A DNA stretch of 64,000 nt from Eledone cirrhosa (Eukaryota). The notes below the pieces were generated by a model. That model saw only the letters and a list, made by a program, of their open reading frames with translations, searched no databases and had not been told where the DNA came from. How positions within the stretch are numbered: position 1 is the stretch's first letter; every line of letters starts with the position of its first letter. The position numbers were made by a program, and so were the translations under genes. This document shows positions 40,144-52,379 of this stretch, piece after piece. Where the stretch lies: assembly GCA_964016885.1 (NCBI GenBank), contig OZ024741.1:158968001-159032000 (forward strand), in the 5' to 3' direction.

Positions 40144-40178
<35 letters not shown>

Positions 40179-40814
40179 CTTGGATTGTTTAGTAGTGCCT
40201 TGTCTTCTTCAGTAAAATACTTTATTTTACATTGCTCAAGTCCATTCAGCTGGCAAAAATAAGTTGTACCTGTAATTTTATCACATATTGTATCATGCTG
40301 AATTTTCTTCTGAACTACACTAAGGGTGCATGTGACTATGGAATTCTCAACGACTTGCACATTAATTTCATGAACAACAAGCTATTTCAACTGGTACAAC
40401 TGGTACACATTTCCATCCACCTGATCCTCTGTTCATATAACTCCAGTCCTCTGTTGATATCACTTATCCACTACGCTGTAATTCCATGATGTTCTTTCTG
40501 TCATCGACGTTTATTCCTCTAGTGTTTAATGTTTAATCTGGCTCTTACTTTTCAGCCTGTCTGGCATAGTTAGACTTACAAGGAGTTAGACTCCCAACAA
40601 AAGAGCACACAAGCCACTCCACCACAACAAGCTACGTAATCATATATGTACACACTACCGGATAGCCATTTACTCTCATGAGCTCCTCCACTCTTTGATG
40701 GGCTTTGTTTTTCATTTCACAGGGTATCCAAAAATCACCCTTCTCACAAAGCAGGCTTGGTGGGGTAGCTGATTTAGTTGCTGATGATCTGACCATGCAA
40801 AAGGTTATACTGGA

Positions 40815-40980
40815 TTACATGTTATATATAATTAGTTTTGTGTTATATATATTTAGTTACATGTTATATATATATTTAGTTACATGTTATATATATATAT
40901 AGTTACATAGTATATTATATTTAGTTACATATTATATATATTTAGTTACTTGTTATATATATTTATTACCCATAGTTACT
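40815..40980. repeat. ~22-24 bp minisatellite TTTAGTTACATGTTATATATAT
   Basis: Tandem units that seem to be amplified from the end of the adjacent dispersed repeat. Confidence 0.8.
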
Positions 40981-41564
40981 TTTGTGCTATGATTTCATGT
41001 TAGCATCCAGATATATTTAGACATAATGATCTTCAGTAGACTCATGCTATTTTTGTTGAAGCTTGTCTTTTACTTCAACAACTTCAATGAAAGTCTGCTG
41101 AAGAAGTTAAGGTTTAAATTATTGAATAATAGCAGGAAACCAAGCTATAGAAGTAGCTACAGATAATACATGCATACATATATACATATAAACACACATG
41201 ACACATGTATTTATATATATATATATATATAAATGGCTGATCAGTCCAGAGATTCAACATGACACACTGTGTGACAAAGCTGGCCCTTTGAATTACAAAG
41301 TACAACTCTTTTTTTCCAACTAAGTGGACAACAGCAATGTGAAATAAAGTATTTTACTCAAGGACACAACATGTCACTAGGGAATTAAAAACATGACCTT
41401 ATGATCATGAGCCAAACACTATAACCACTAAGCCATGAGCTTTCACATACCTACATATAGATATCTGTTAGTCTATTATTTTATCTCTCTCTCTACCTTA
41501 TGTAGAACCAGAGATTTAGATATAAAATATAGAAATTGGCTATTCCTGAAACTGTCAATCTATA

Positions 41565-41756
41565 TTAATTGTTTCTACTTTTGGCACAAGGCCAGCAATT
41601 ATCCCAGTGCATTACTGGTGCTTTATTTATCGACCCCGTAAGGATGAAAGGCAAAGTTAACCTCGGCGGGATTTGAACTCAGACCATAAAAGGCCGTAAC
41701 TCTTTGCTGCAAAGCATGGCGTCCGACCCTCTACCGATACTGCCAATCCACCGCCC
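41565..41756 (-). mobile_element. SINE family B, young full-length copy
   Basis: Inverted near-identical partner of 39203-39391. Flanked by a TCAATCTATATTAAT direct repeat (probable target-site duplication). Confidence 0.9.
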
Positions 41757-42399
41757 TCAATCTATATTAATGATGCATAATAATGTAGAAACAATTTTTT
41801 CCATGGATATAGGAATTGAAGAAATATGAAATATATCAAACTAAATTATATGTGGTTGTTCAAACTTTGTGAATTTTGTCATTTGAAAAGTAAAAAAAAA
41901 AAAAATCAATAAATGAGGAAAGGTATGTTTGCTTCTGCACATATTTATCTCCCTTGCCAAAAAAAAAAAAAAAAAAATGAGGAAACAATCAGAGAACTGC
42001 TCTCATTTAAAATGAGCAGAGACCATCATCAGAAAGAGAAATATTCAGACTGCGTAATGAATTTGAATTGTGACAAGCAGGACAAACAGACAGAAAATTC
42101 CGTATGGGAATATTATGCCCACTTGTTTCCCTGCTCAAGGATAAGAACACTTGAAGATGAATTGTACCAAGGCACAAAAATGAAAGGTCATGGAAGAATT
42201 TCCATATCATCTGAATATATATATATTGTCCCACATGCATCTTTCCAGCAGCTTTTCTTTCAAGCCATTGTGCATTCTGGAAGTAATAGTTTGATACCAC
42301 CCTTAAGCATGGAATCATATTACCAAGGGGTGGCTGATGAGGGAAATATGTACTGTGGTTCATTTTTTATGTGTGAAACTTTACTAATACACACACATC

Positions 42400-42431
<32 letters not shown>

Positions 42432-44954
42432 GAACAAAAGGAAGAACTTTTGCAGACAACTTCGGGTACCAATAAAGGTGACCTCAACATCCAGGCAGGT
42501 GACTTCAATGGACATGTGGGAGAGTACCAAGACAAATTCAGTGGAGTTCATGGTGGCTATGGTTATGGCTCAGAAAATGAAAAGGGATTGAGACTCGTGG
42601 AATTCTGTGACACAAATGAACTAACCATTTGTAACACAAATTTCAGGAAACCAGCCAGCCAGCTGATCTCATATCAATCAGGCAAACAGAAAAGCCAAAA
42701 TGACTATTTACTTGTTAGATAATAAAATAAACGGACTGTAATAAATACTAAGGAATACTGAGAAAGAATGCACCGCGCAGCACAAGTTAGTTATTAGTGA
42801 CATCAAAATAAACATGAGACAGAATGGCACACGCAGGAAAATATGAAGATGGAGGGTCTGGAAGCTAAAGGACCTCTTTATTAAATATGTTTAGAAAGGC
42901 CTTACAGGATTCATTTGATGAGAGAAGTGATGAGCTAGATACCTATGATAACTAGAAATTCTTACGTGGCAACCTTTTGCAAACTACTGATGAGACTTGT
43001 GGCTGAAATAGAGCACTAGCCAGTCAGAGGGTGACCTGGTGATCAAAGTCAAGAGACAGGCTTGGAAAGACTGGAAAAATAATGGGGGAAACAGCTGGCT
43101 AAGAAAGAACCTATGCAACAAGTATACACAGCTCGGAGAGAGGCTGAAGAAAGAAAGTTTGCCAACGTGCTAAGAGGTGATGACCAGAGATGCAAAGTGT
43201 TCTGCATTGCAAGGCAGTGTGTCAGTGTGAATTGTGATTTTGTTGGGGAAAAGTGTGTTAGAAATGACACCAGTGTATTTAGCACCACTGATGCTCAAAC
43301 GAAAAAGACCTAGAAATATTACTATGAGAGACTGATGAATCTAGAGGTTAAACAGAAGGAAGAGAAACTACCCCCAACCTACCCAACAGCAGGATCAGCT
43401 ATAGAGAAACAATCAAAGAGATGAAGGATGGTAAAGCTGTGGGACCATCAGAGATAGTTGCTGAGATATTAAAAGTATTGGGAGAAGTAGGAGTCAAACT
43501 AGTAACCCACATAGTCAATCAAGTAATACAGGACCCAATGACAGGTGCAGCAGTACAATCATAAACTGCTACAAGGGCAAAGGTGATGTTCTAGAAAGGA
43601 GCAACTATAGAGGAATAAAACTAATAGACCAAGTTATGAAAGTGATGGAAAGAATTATAGCACAGCTAATTAGGGAAAGAGTCAAAATAGATGAGATGCA
43701 GTTTGGTTTCATGCCTGGGAAAAGTAATACTGACACCCTCTTTTTAGTGAGGCAACTACAAAAGAAGTTCTTAGTAAAAAATAAGCCACTATACCTAGGT
43801 TTCATTGACCTAGAAAAAGCATTTGACAGAGTACTCTGATCTATTGTCTGGTGGTCCTTACGGAAATTAGGTTTGGAAGAATGGTTGCTTAGAACAGTGC
43901 AGGTCATATACAGAGGAGTTGTCAGCAAAGTGAGAGTAGGAAATGAGTTTAGCGTGTAATTGAAAGTACAAGTAGGAGTTCATCAAGGTTCAGTTCTTAG
44001 CCCACTATTATTCATAACAATCCTCCAGGCTAAGTTTAAGACCAGCTGCTCATGGGAACTTCTCTATGCAGATGATCTGGTCCTTATAGCCAAATACATT
44101 AAAGACCTAGAAAATAAGTTCGGACTATGGTAACAGAATTTAGAATTGCTAAAACTAAAGTGCTAGTAAATAGGAGAGAGATAGGACTCTGATTCTTTCA
44201 GAGAAGTATCCCTGCTCAATATGTAGAAAGGAAGTAGGCATAAACTCCATACGATGTACACAATGTAAATCTTGGGTACACAAGAGATATAGTGGGATAA
44301 CAAGTAGACTAACAGGAAGGGAAGACTTTGTTTGTAGAAGATGCACAGGGGTAACCGAGGGGAAGATAACCAGTGATGTAAGCCTATTCCAGTCACAGGA
44401 AGAACCCATAGACGTGGTTGATAGCTAGAATAAGGATAGGATGGAAAACTTTCAGAGAGTTACTCCCACTGTTGACCACAAAAAGTTTCTTCTAACAAGA
44501 AAGAACAACTGTATGACACCTGTGTGTGAAGTGTGATGCTGTATGGCAGTGAAACATGAGCTGTGACTGCAGAGGATGTTTGTTGACTGGAGAGAAATGA
44601 AGCAACCATGTTTCATTAGATGTGCAACGTGTGAGAGAGAGGCAGAACTTGGATAAACTGAGGGAAAATCCGAGTGGTGTGCAGGAGAAAAGACAGCGTC
44701 AGTTTGGACATGTGATGCACATGGACGATGATTGTTGGGTGAAGAAATGCCAGGAAATCCCAGTGAAAGGAAGTTGCAGTAGAGGTAGACCAAGAAAGAC
44801 CTGGGCAGAGGTGGTGAGAGCTGGCCTCAAATCAATGAGACTCACAGAAGTGATCACAAAGGGTCGCGACATGTGGAGAGATACCGTGCTGAGAAGGATC
44901 CATCCAATCCATGCAAGTGTGGATAATGGATGTAAAAACGATGATGATGATGAT

Positions 44955-44955
<1 letters not shown>
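42432..44955 (+). mobile_element. Decayed, nearly full-length RTE LINE (endonuclease, RT, Cys/His finger, C-terminus, (GAT)n tail)
   Basis: AGDFNGHVG, CNTNFRK, NYRGIKL, QFGFMPGK, FIDLEKAFDRV, GVHQGSVLSPLLF, LYADDL and RGRPRKTW motifs, with many stops and frameshifts. Confidence 0.93.
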
Positions 44956-44986
<31 letters not shown>

Positions 44987-45037
44987 AGAGTCGAGACCCG
45001 ACGGCTGAGCTCATACCATTTCAACAACTAGTTCAAT

Positions 45038-45071
<34 letters not shown>

Positions 45072-47187
45072 GTACGTATGTATGTCTGTAAGTATATATT
45101 GTATATGTAAATGTTGGGTTTGCTTAGCTCTTGGTCACTAATAGGTAGTGGAATTGGTATATTAGTGATGATTGATAGAATTACTAGAATTGTGATGGTC
45201 AATAGAATTGTTAGACATGGAGTGATCATTGGAAATATAAACACCTTTCTTTCAACAGTAATTAATGCCCTTGCCCAGCACCTCCAAATGTGTGTGTGTG
45301 TGTATGTATGTATATATATAGACACACGCACACACACACACACACACTATATTTCCTGGCATCAAAGGTATTCCCAATAAAATTACAAAATAACTATTGT
45401 AGGTTTGACATTCCAGTATTCAGAATCATTTTTGGGGAGAAAGACAGCATCTTTCATGCCAGAAAATACTGTGTATATATATATATAAATGACTTCTACA
45501 AAACTAGACATACATATACTTATATATAAATGTCATCCACAAGACTAGACATGTATATATATATGTGTATATTCAGAGATAGATAGATAAATTGATAGAT
45601 AGATACAAGAGAGAGACAGAATAAGAATAAGAAAGTGAGTGAGAGTGAGTGAGAGAATAAGTTAGAAGACAGAATATTATTTAAATTTTTTTTTTTTTTG
45701 TATTTGATACCTCTATTGACCAATTCTATAGAACAGACATAACAGGGAATGGTGAGGTTGTGTTGGTACATAAAAGCTGGTAAGGATGATGGGATTAATA
45801 ATTAATAATTTAACGAGTTTGCTTTCACTAATTACAATTATTCAATATCTTCCTGATTGCTTGCTGTTTTTTAAAAGTTAATTATTTTTATCATCTTTAG
45901 TGTTTTTAATTAGAACTGTTTGTTAAAATAGCAGTTTAGGTTATATGTATATGTGTGTAAGTAATTGTGTGTGTGTTTATATACACACACACATACACAC
46001 ACAAACACTCACAGTCAACACATGTACACATGCACACACAAAGGACATTATTTAAATTAAAACTGAATTATTAATTTCATAATTTAAAAATATATATCAT
46101 TTAAATTGAAAAACATTAGAAAAAGTGAAAAAAATTTCTTAAATTATAACAAAAACAACAAAACAAAACAAAATATAACAAAACGAAAAATCAAACAAAA
46201 TTAGTAAATATATAAAGAAAAAATGAAGAAAGCCAAGCCATGGAAGCTGGGTGTGAGAAGAATTGGGTGGTTTCTAAAATATTCTATTGGATAGATCAGT
46301 GGAACACTGATCACTGCGGTGGGCATCTAAAACAGTAGGACTGTGGGTCTGTGAATTGTTAAGCAGACAAATCTTTCAAAAGTCTTAGGTTCTGTAGGAA
46401 TATTAAGTTTAACCCTTTTGTTACCATAATTCTAATGAAATGTACTGCTGATAATTTTCAAATAATTTAGACAATCAAGAATTTGGAGAGATTTAGTAAT
46501 ATAACTAATTTTCTCATTACTAACTCAGTGTTTTGGAACAACTAAACAAAGGTTCTTACATAAAAATATGTTGGAAGACTACGTAAATATAAGGACTATA
46601 CCATCCTTTTTTTTTACCATATTTCTTATGAAAGAAAGATACTGTCTATGATTTTCAAATAATTTTTTAAATAATGACAAATTTAGAGGGATTTAGTAAT
46701 ATAACATTCTCGCTATTAAGTTGGTGTATGGAACATAACTTAACAAAGGTTCTTACATAAAATTATGATGCAAGGTTTGCAGATAAATATTTTCAAAATA
46801 AAGAATTTGGAAGGATATGACTAACTTCAATATTATTAAGCTGGTGCTTGGTACATAGCTTAACAAAGGATCTTATATAAAATTATGATGAAAGGTTTTG
46901 AGGGAGTGCTGGTGTCACCATAAAAAGCACCCAGGCATCCAGCTGAGGAAACCAAGCCAAAAACAGAGCCTATGAGTAGGATGAGTAGTCACCTGATAGT
47001 CTGTCCTCAGTATGTGCAACCTGTCTAACCCAAGCAAGTATGGAAAATAGACAAACAGTGTTAATGATGATAATGATGATGAACACTTTAAAACAAACAG
47101 TCTTGTATCATAAAACCAAGGATGTTTCAGGCGGGTTAAATAAATTGAGTCCTTGGTAATGAAAAGGTTGGGAACAACTAGCATAGA

Positions 47188-47346
47188 TTATTTCATAGGG
47201 TAACATAGTGTAGCTGGATGGGGGGATGACAGGGGTTGGTCTTTTATAGAGGCTGTACTTTTGGGTCTGTTGTATATATTTGAGTATACTGGGTAAGGGG
47301 GTGGTGTTTCAAATTCAAGGACAGTCCTGTTCGGCACATGCTCCAG
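47188..47346 (-). other. Candidate alternative terminal coding exon (52 aa, contains PPPY)
   Basis: Non-repetitive open frame behind a long pyrimidine tract, phase 0, ending in TAA. It needs the third of three nearby AGs. Confidence 0.25.
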
Positions 47347-48524
47347 CTATATTACTGTAACTGGAGTAAATTGTGTAGAAAAACAAACAAAATGAAGGAA
47401 AAGAATAAACCAACATATATCCTAATCTAGCCTCTTTTCTCAGATTTCTACATATTGATGGAGTCCTTTAAACCAGCAAGGGACCCTGTACATGATCCCC
47501 CTGTGACCTTGTAAAAATAGCAGCAAAATCTCTCAAATCACACTCCCTTATTGTGTAAAACATATGAAGGACATGTTGAATTATGTAGTTTTGATGTAAG
47601 TAAATAAACCTCTATCAGTTTCGACAAAGCGTGTTCTAGTTATTTGATGCTATCTATGGAGAATCCAGTATTTATATTTCATCCACTCATTGCTACAGAG
47701 TCAAGTGAAGTGTTAGCCATATGAATTCTTACAATGTGGAAAATATTAGTTGTATTACTGATACTTTGTTTTCTCAAATCCCCCAGGGAAAATGGAAAAT
47801 GGAAATATAGCTTGGTTGGGATTTGAACACAGGACCTAGAGTGATAAAGTACTTTAGTCTGTCACTGAAAATGACAATTCCCTCTAAAGAAGAACAGCTA
47901 ACATTCCTTTATACACACAGGAAAACAATGAAGGCCAGTGTGTAGACAAAAATAAAATAAATTTACTTTATAATTTAACCAATAAATCCCTATTCATTCT
48001 TATAAATTTGGAGTTGAATCTTCTTCAGTTTACAATGACTGTTTGTTAAAGTTGAATAAATAAATATAGTTTTTCATTAATATTGCTGATTATTATTATT
48101 AAATATCAATAAATGTTGATTATTATTATTATTAATAAATACTGATTATTATCAATAAATACACCACACCCCCAAAAAGCTGTCTTTTTGCCTAAATTAG
48201 AAATCATTATCATTAAATATTAGTTACTGTTAATAAATATTGGTTATTATTATTAGCTATTGGTTATTATAAATTATACCTTAATTTCCCCCTGTTTCTT
48301 TACAACTAGTGTCTTTTTAGCACCTCCCTGAATCTAAGCTGAAACATTGATAATTCAAATGAACTATGAGATCTTACTTGCTTCATTATTTATGAGACTA
48401 ACTTTGGGAAAAGTAAGAAATCTGATTTCAGAACTTAAGGAACAAAATGATAATTTGTGTCAGCCATCCCAAATGATATTATATATGAAAACAATAATGG
48501 ATAAGGGTGATAATAATAATAAAG

Positions 48525-49355
48525 GTTTCTAATTTTGGCACAAGGCCAGGAATTTCAAAGGGAGAAGAGAAAGTTAATTATATTGATCCCAGTACATTAC
48601 TTGGAAAATTGAAAGGCAAAGTTGACCACAGTGGAATTTAAACACCTTAACAATTGTTAATGCACTTGCCAATGATGATGATGATGATGATGATTATGAT
48701 GATGAGCTTCTAATTTAGGCACAAGACTGGACATTTAAAGGAAGGGTTAATCAATTATATCAACTTAGTTCTTGGCTGGGACTTCAATTTATCAACCCCA
48801 GAAGGATGAAAGGCATTTAACCTTGGTGGCATTTGAACTCAGAATGCAAAGGACAATAACTAAATACTGCAAGGCATTCTGGGTAACACCCTAATGATTT
48901 TGCCAATCTGCAGCCCCAATAAGGCACATTTGGTGGTGCAGTAGGCACTCACATGAAACTGTTGAAAACATGATGATGATGGCAATATTAATAATAATAA
49001 TAATTGTTTCTACTTTTGGCACAAGGCCAGCAATTACCCCAGTGTATTACTGGTACTTTATTTTATCGACCCCGTAAGGATGAAAGGCAAAGTTAACCTC
49101 GGCAGAATATGAACTCAGACGATAAAGGGCCGTACCTCTTTGCTGCAATGATTTCTATTATAGACAAAAAGCCAGCAATTTCAGGGAAGGGGGAAAATCG
49201 ATTAAATTGACCCCAGTGCATTACTGGTGCTTTATTTTATCGACCCCGTAGGGATGAAAGGCAAAGCTAACCTTGGCGAGATTTGAACACAGAATGTAAA
49301 GGGCCATAACACAATACCTCAAAGCAGGGTGTTCGACACTCTACCAATTCTCAAC
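48525..49355 (-). mobile_element. Cluster of four same-orientation SINE family B copies
   Basis: Repeated GGCACAAGGCC...GAAAGGCAAAGTT..CC...ATTTGAAC blocks separated by (AAT)n/(GAT)n. Confidence 0.8.
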
Positions 49356-49819
49356 AATAACCATAATCTCAATAATGATTTCTCTTACAGATAAAATGGC
49401 TCACATTTTGAGGGAGAGAGTATAGTTAATTAAATCAATCCCAAGTATATAACTAATGTTTGTTTTATTTACCTTGGAAGATTGGCAGTGAAAGGCAATC
49501 CCAGCAGGATTTGAACTTAGAAAGAATCTAGTGAAACAAAACAGAAGTGGACACCACAAGGTATTTAGTGTGTCACTCTGTTGGTTTTCACAAATGAGTT
49601 ACTACTGAGAGAGAACATTGCCAAGGTGTTTGCAAAATAAATGAAGTATGGGAGTTTAGGGAACAGGGACAGGATAAAGATGCCAATAAGACAGTGGTAA
49701 GAAATGAAGAAGTAAAAAATGAATTTCCTCTCCCCTACCTCTGTCGAGTTGCACTCTTCTCCTACACCTTGCTCCTTATGTTATCAATGTGTGCAATAAA
49801 TAAAATATAAAGAATAGTA

Positions 49820-50368
49820 GAATGCTGGTTTATAACAAATGAGAAAGTGAGCATCAGGGAAGCTGAAGATAGGCCAGACCGTGGCATGTGAGAAGGTAAA
49901 AAAAGGGGAAGGAGGATGGGGAAGAACGCTTGGATGATGAAACAATCATAGTGACAATGGTGACAACAAGGATAAAAGCTAAGGTTTGCCAGAAAAAAAA
50001 AATGAGAATAGTGTAAAAGGAGTGACAAGAACAACAGAAAGCTATATCACCACAATGGATTCGGCCACATTGAGAACATGAAGAGTGAAGACTAGCAGAC
50101 TGTTAGGGTTTGTAAATTGAGAATGACGGAAGCTGGAGAGATAAGCCAGGCTGTGGTACGTGAGAGAGGAGGGGAGAAGGAGAAGAAAGGATAAACAATG
50201 AAGAAGAAGATGAGGAAGAGGTGGATGGTTGGAATATGATAATACAACAGCTACAACTACAACAACGACAACGCTGATGACAACAAGGATAAAAGCTGAG
50301 GTTTGCTGCCGACAAAGAAGAGTGAAAAAGGAGTGGTGACAATAAACAACAGAAAAGCTATCATCACA
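49820..50368. repeat. Diverged tandem duplication (~230-270 bp units) just downstream of the 50388 donor
   Basis: Both units carry TGACAACAAGGATAAAAGCT.AGGTTTGC and AACAACAGAAA.GCTAT..TCAC. Confidence 0.8.
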
Positions 50369-50387
50369 ATTGAATCATATTTCCTAC

Positions 50388-50837
50388 CCTGACTGACATC
50401 TCTAGTCTCGAAGAAGAAGGAGCTGGTGTCCTAGCACTCTTTGCTGACCGTTGTTCTAGTTGTCTGGCAGAACAACGGTATTCATCCTGAGACATGCTCG
50501 CTACACGTATTGAGCCAAGAGTAGAAGAAGAGGGAGAAGAGTAAGAAGAATAAGAAGAGGAAGTAGAAGAAGAAGATGATGATGATGATGGTGGCGGTAG
50601 TGGTTGCGGTAGCACTGTTACGTTAGCGGAAGTATTCGGAAGTTGACGAGCTGACCCGGAGGATTTAGTGACACCCCGAACAGGATTTCCTGCCGATACA
50701 GAACGCCTCGCTGTCTTTGGCTGTGCTAGTTGGGCAGGAGTCATCTTATTGTTAGTTACCTTCTGCAAACTTCCCAGACGTTTCTCACACATTCCTTTCA
50801 CTTCTTCTTTCCGTTTAAGCAGATCTTGTACAATCAT
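50388..50837 (-). CDS. MCF2L: MCF2L/DBS-like exon (~450 nt): MIVQDLLKRKEEVKGMCEKRLGSLQKV... followed by a Pro/Ser-rich linker; donor position uncertain
   Basis: Long pyrimidine tract plus CAG acceptor at 50838-50840. Open frame (track ORF 50364..50900). Preferred donor AGG|GTAGGA (phase 0); alternative AT|GTCAGT lies 10 nt earlier. Confidence 0.8.
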
Positions 50838-50976
50838 CTGAAGAGAGAAATCAAGAAAGAAAAGAAAAGAAAAGAAAAGAGTAAAAGGAAATTCATTCAA
50901 ACGAAAGAAAATTAACTATCAGAATTAAAAATATATATATATATATATATATATATGCGTGTGTGTGTATATATAT

Positions 50977-51119
50977 AAATATTTATTATTAGTACAGATT
51001 AAAGTTTAAGCAAAGGATTCCTGCTTTCACCCTATTACGGAAACTTCAGAAGATTCCGTAATAGAGTGAAAGCAAAAATTCTTTGCTTAAACTTTAATCT
51101 GTACTAACAATAAATATTT
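50977..51119. repeat. Near-perfect inverted repeat (~66 bp arms, 5 mismatches) inside (TA)n
   Basis: 50977-51042 is the reverse complement of 51054-51119. Confidence 0.93.
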
Positions 51120-51208
51120 GCTCTAAAGGTTTATATATACTTTTTTATTACACATATACAATCCTTATCGAGAGCTCTTCAGATTTTGGTCTTCATAATT
51201 TTTATTAC

Positions 51209-51241
<33 letters not shown>

Positions 51242-51399
51242 ATTTATATATATATAATACCTATATATACATATAATATCTATATATACATATAATATAT
51301 ATATATACATATAATACCTATATATATATATACATATAATACCTATATATACATATAATATCTATATATGTATATATATAGAGAGATATAGATATATAT

Positions 51400-51679
51400 G
51401 AAGGCACATGGCTTAGTGGTTAGAGCATTGGCCTTGCAATCGAAAGGTTGTGAGTTCAATTCTCAGACCAGCTGTAGAAATGAGATGATAGGGACTGGGG
51501 TCCCTATCATTCCACTGCAAAGTGGTCATGGAGGTACCACAACAAAAAAGCACCCAGCACTCACTGTAAATGAGGTTGGTGTTAGGAAGGGCATCCAGCT
51601 GTAGAAATCAAGCCAGAATCAGTTCCTTCCCACTCGTGCAAGCAGGGAAAAGCGGACGTAAAATGATGATGATGATGAT
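51400..51679 (+). mobile_element. SINE family A copy with the central CORE-like block deleted
   Basis: CTCAGACCAGCTGTAGAAA junction removes ~60 nt that is present in the other copies. Confidence 0.9.
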
Positions 51680-52187
51680 ATATGTGTGTGAAATGTTTAG
51701 GTGTATAAATCACAAACACACAATATAACTGTAACAACAGTCGCTTTCTATAAACAGTAGCTTAGAAAATTGGGTAAATTACCCCTATAGATGGGGAAAT
51801 GTGGGAAGCAGCTGCTCTGAAGAATCAAACTCCATATATCTCAAATTCTAACCCTGTACTCTAGCCATTGAACTAAATGGCATCTGACAACTAATTCTGT
51901 CTAAACTAGAAGCTTTATAAATAGCATTGTAAGTTAACAACATTATAAATATGAAGTATCAAAATGTTGATTAGATTTGAAATTCTTACAAGATGTAGGA
52001 ATCCAAAATGGAGAAAATAACTGTAGCCACAATTGATTGCTATAAAAAATAAGTTAGAAAATCTGGTAAAGTACTTCTATAGATGAGCAAATATACATAA
52101 ACATCATCATTATTTTCACCACCATTTAATGTCTAATACAACACCCCATACAACACATACATATTTACAAATAGAGGCACGTCTTAC

Positions 52188-52379
52188 TTTCATTTCAGAA
52201 TTCATGAGACCCTCAAAGAGTGACCGGAATTCTTTTGGATTACTTAATTTGAGGTTTTGGGCTGCGTGTAAAAATTCCCTGATCTCATGGGCAGCTTTCT
52301 CTGCTCCACCTTGAGTTTGGAACTTTTCAATTTGTTGATCAGCTAGTAAGTCGAGACCACGATTACACCATTTGTTGGC
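52188..52379 (-). CDS. MCF2L: MCF2L/DBS-like exon (192 nt, phase 0 to 0): ANKWCNRGLDLLADQQIEKFQTQGGAEKAAHEIREFLHAAQNLKLSNPKEFRSLFEGLMNSEMK
   Basis: TTTCTTCAG acceptor and GTAAGA donor. Translated by hand (not in track in this frame). WC..G..LLA.Q...K.Q...GAE.A..EI..FL matches the DBS pattern. Confidence 0.92.

Noticed and set aside
40540-40635. HDV-like ribozyme in an RTE-type 5' end (minus strand)
   Set aside because: It loosely resembles RTE 5' sequences, but I could not build the nested double pseudoknot by eye.
41913-42722. 269-aa ORF as a host gene
   Set aside because: Chance read-through of AT-rich and microsatellite sequence into the LINE endonuclease fragment. Only the part after ~42432 is protein-like.
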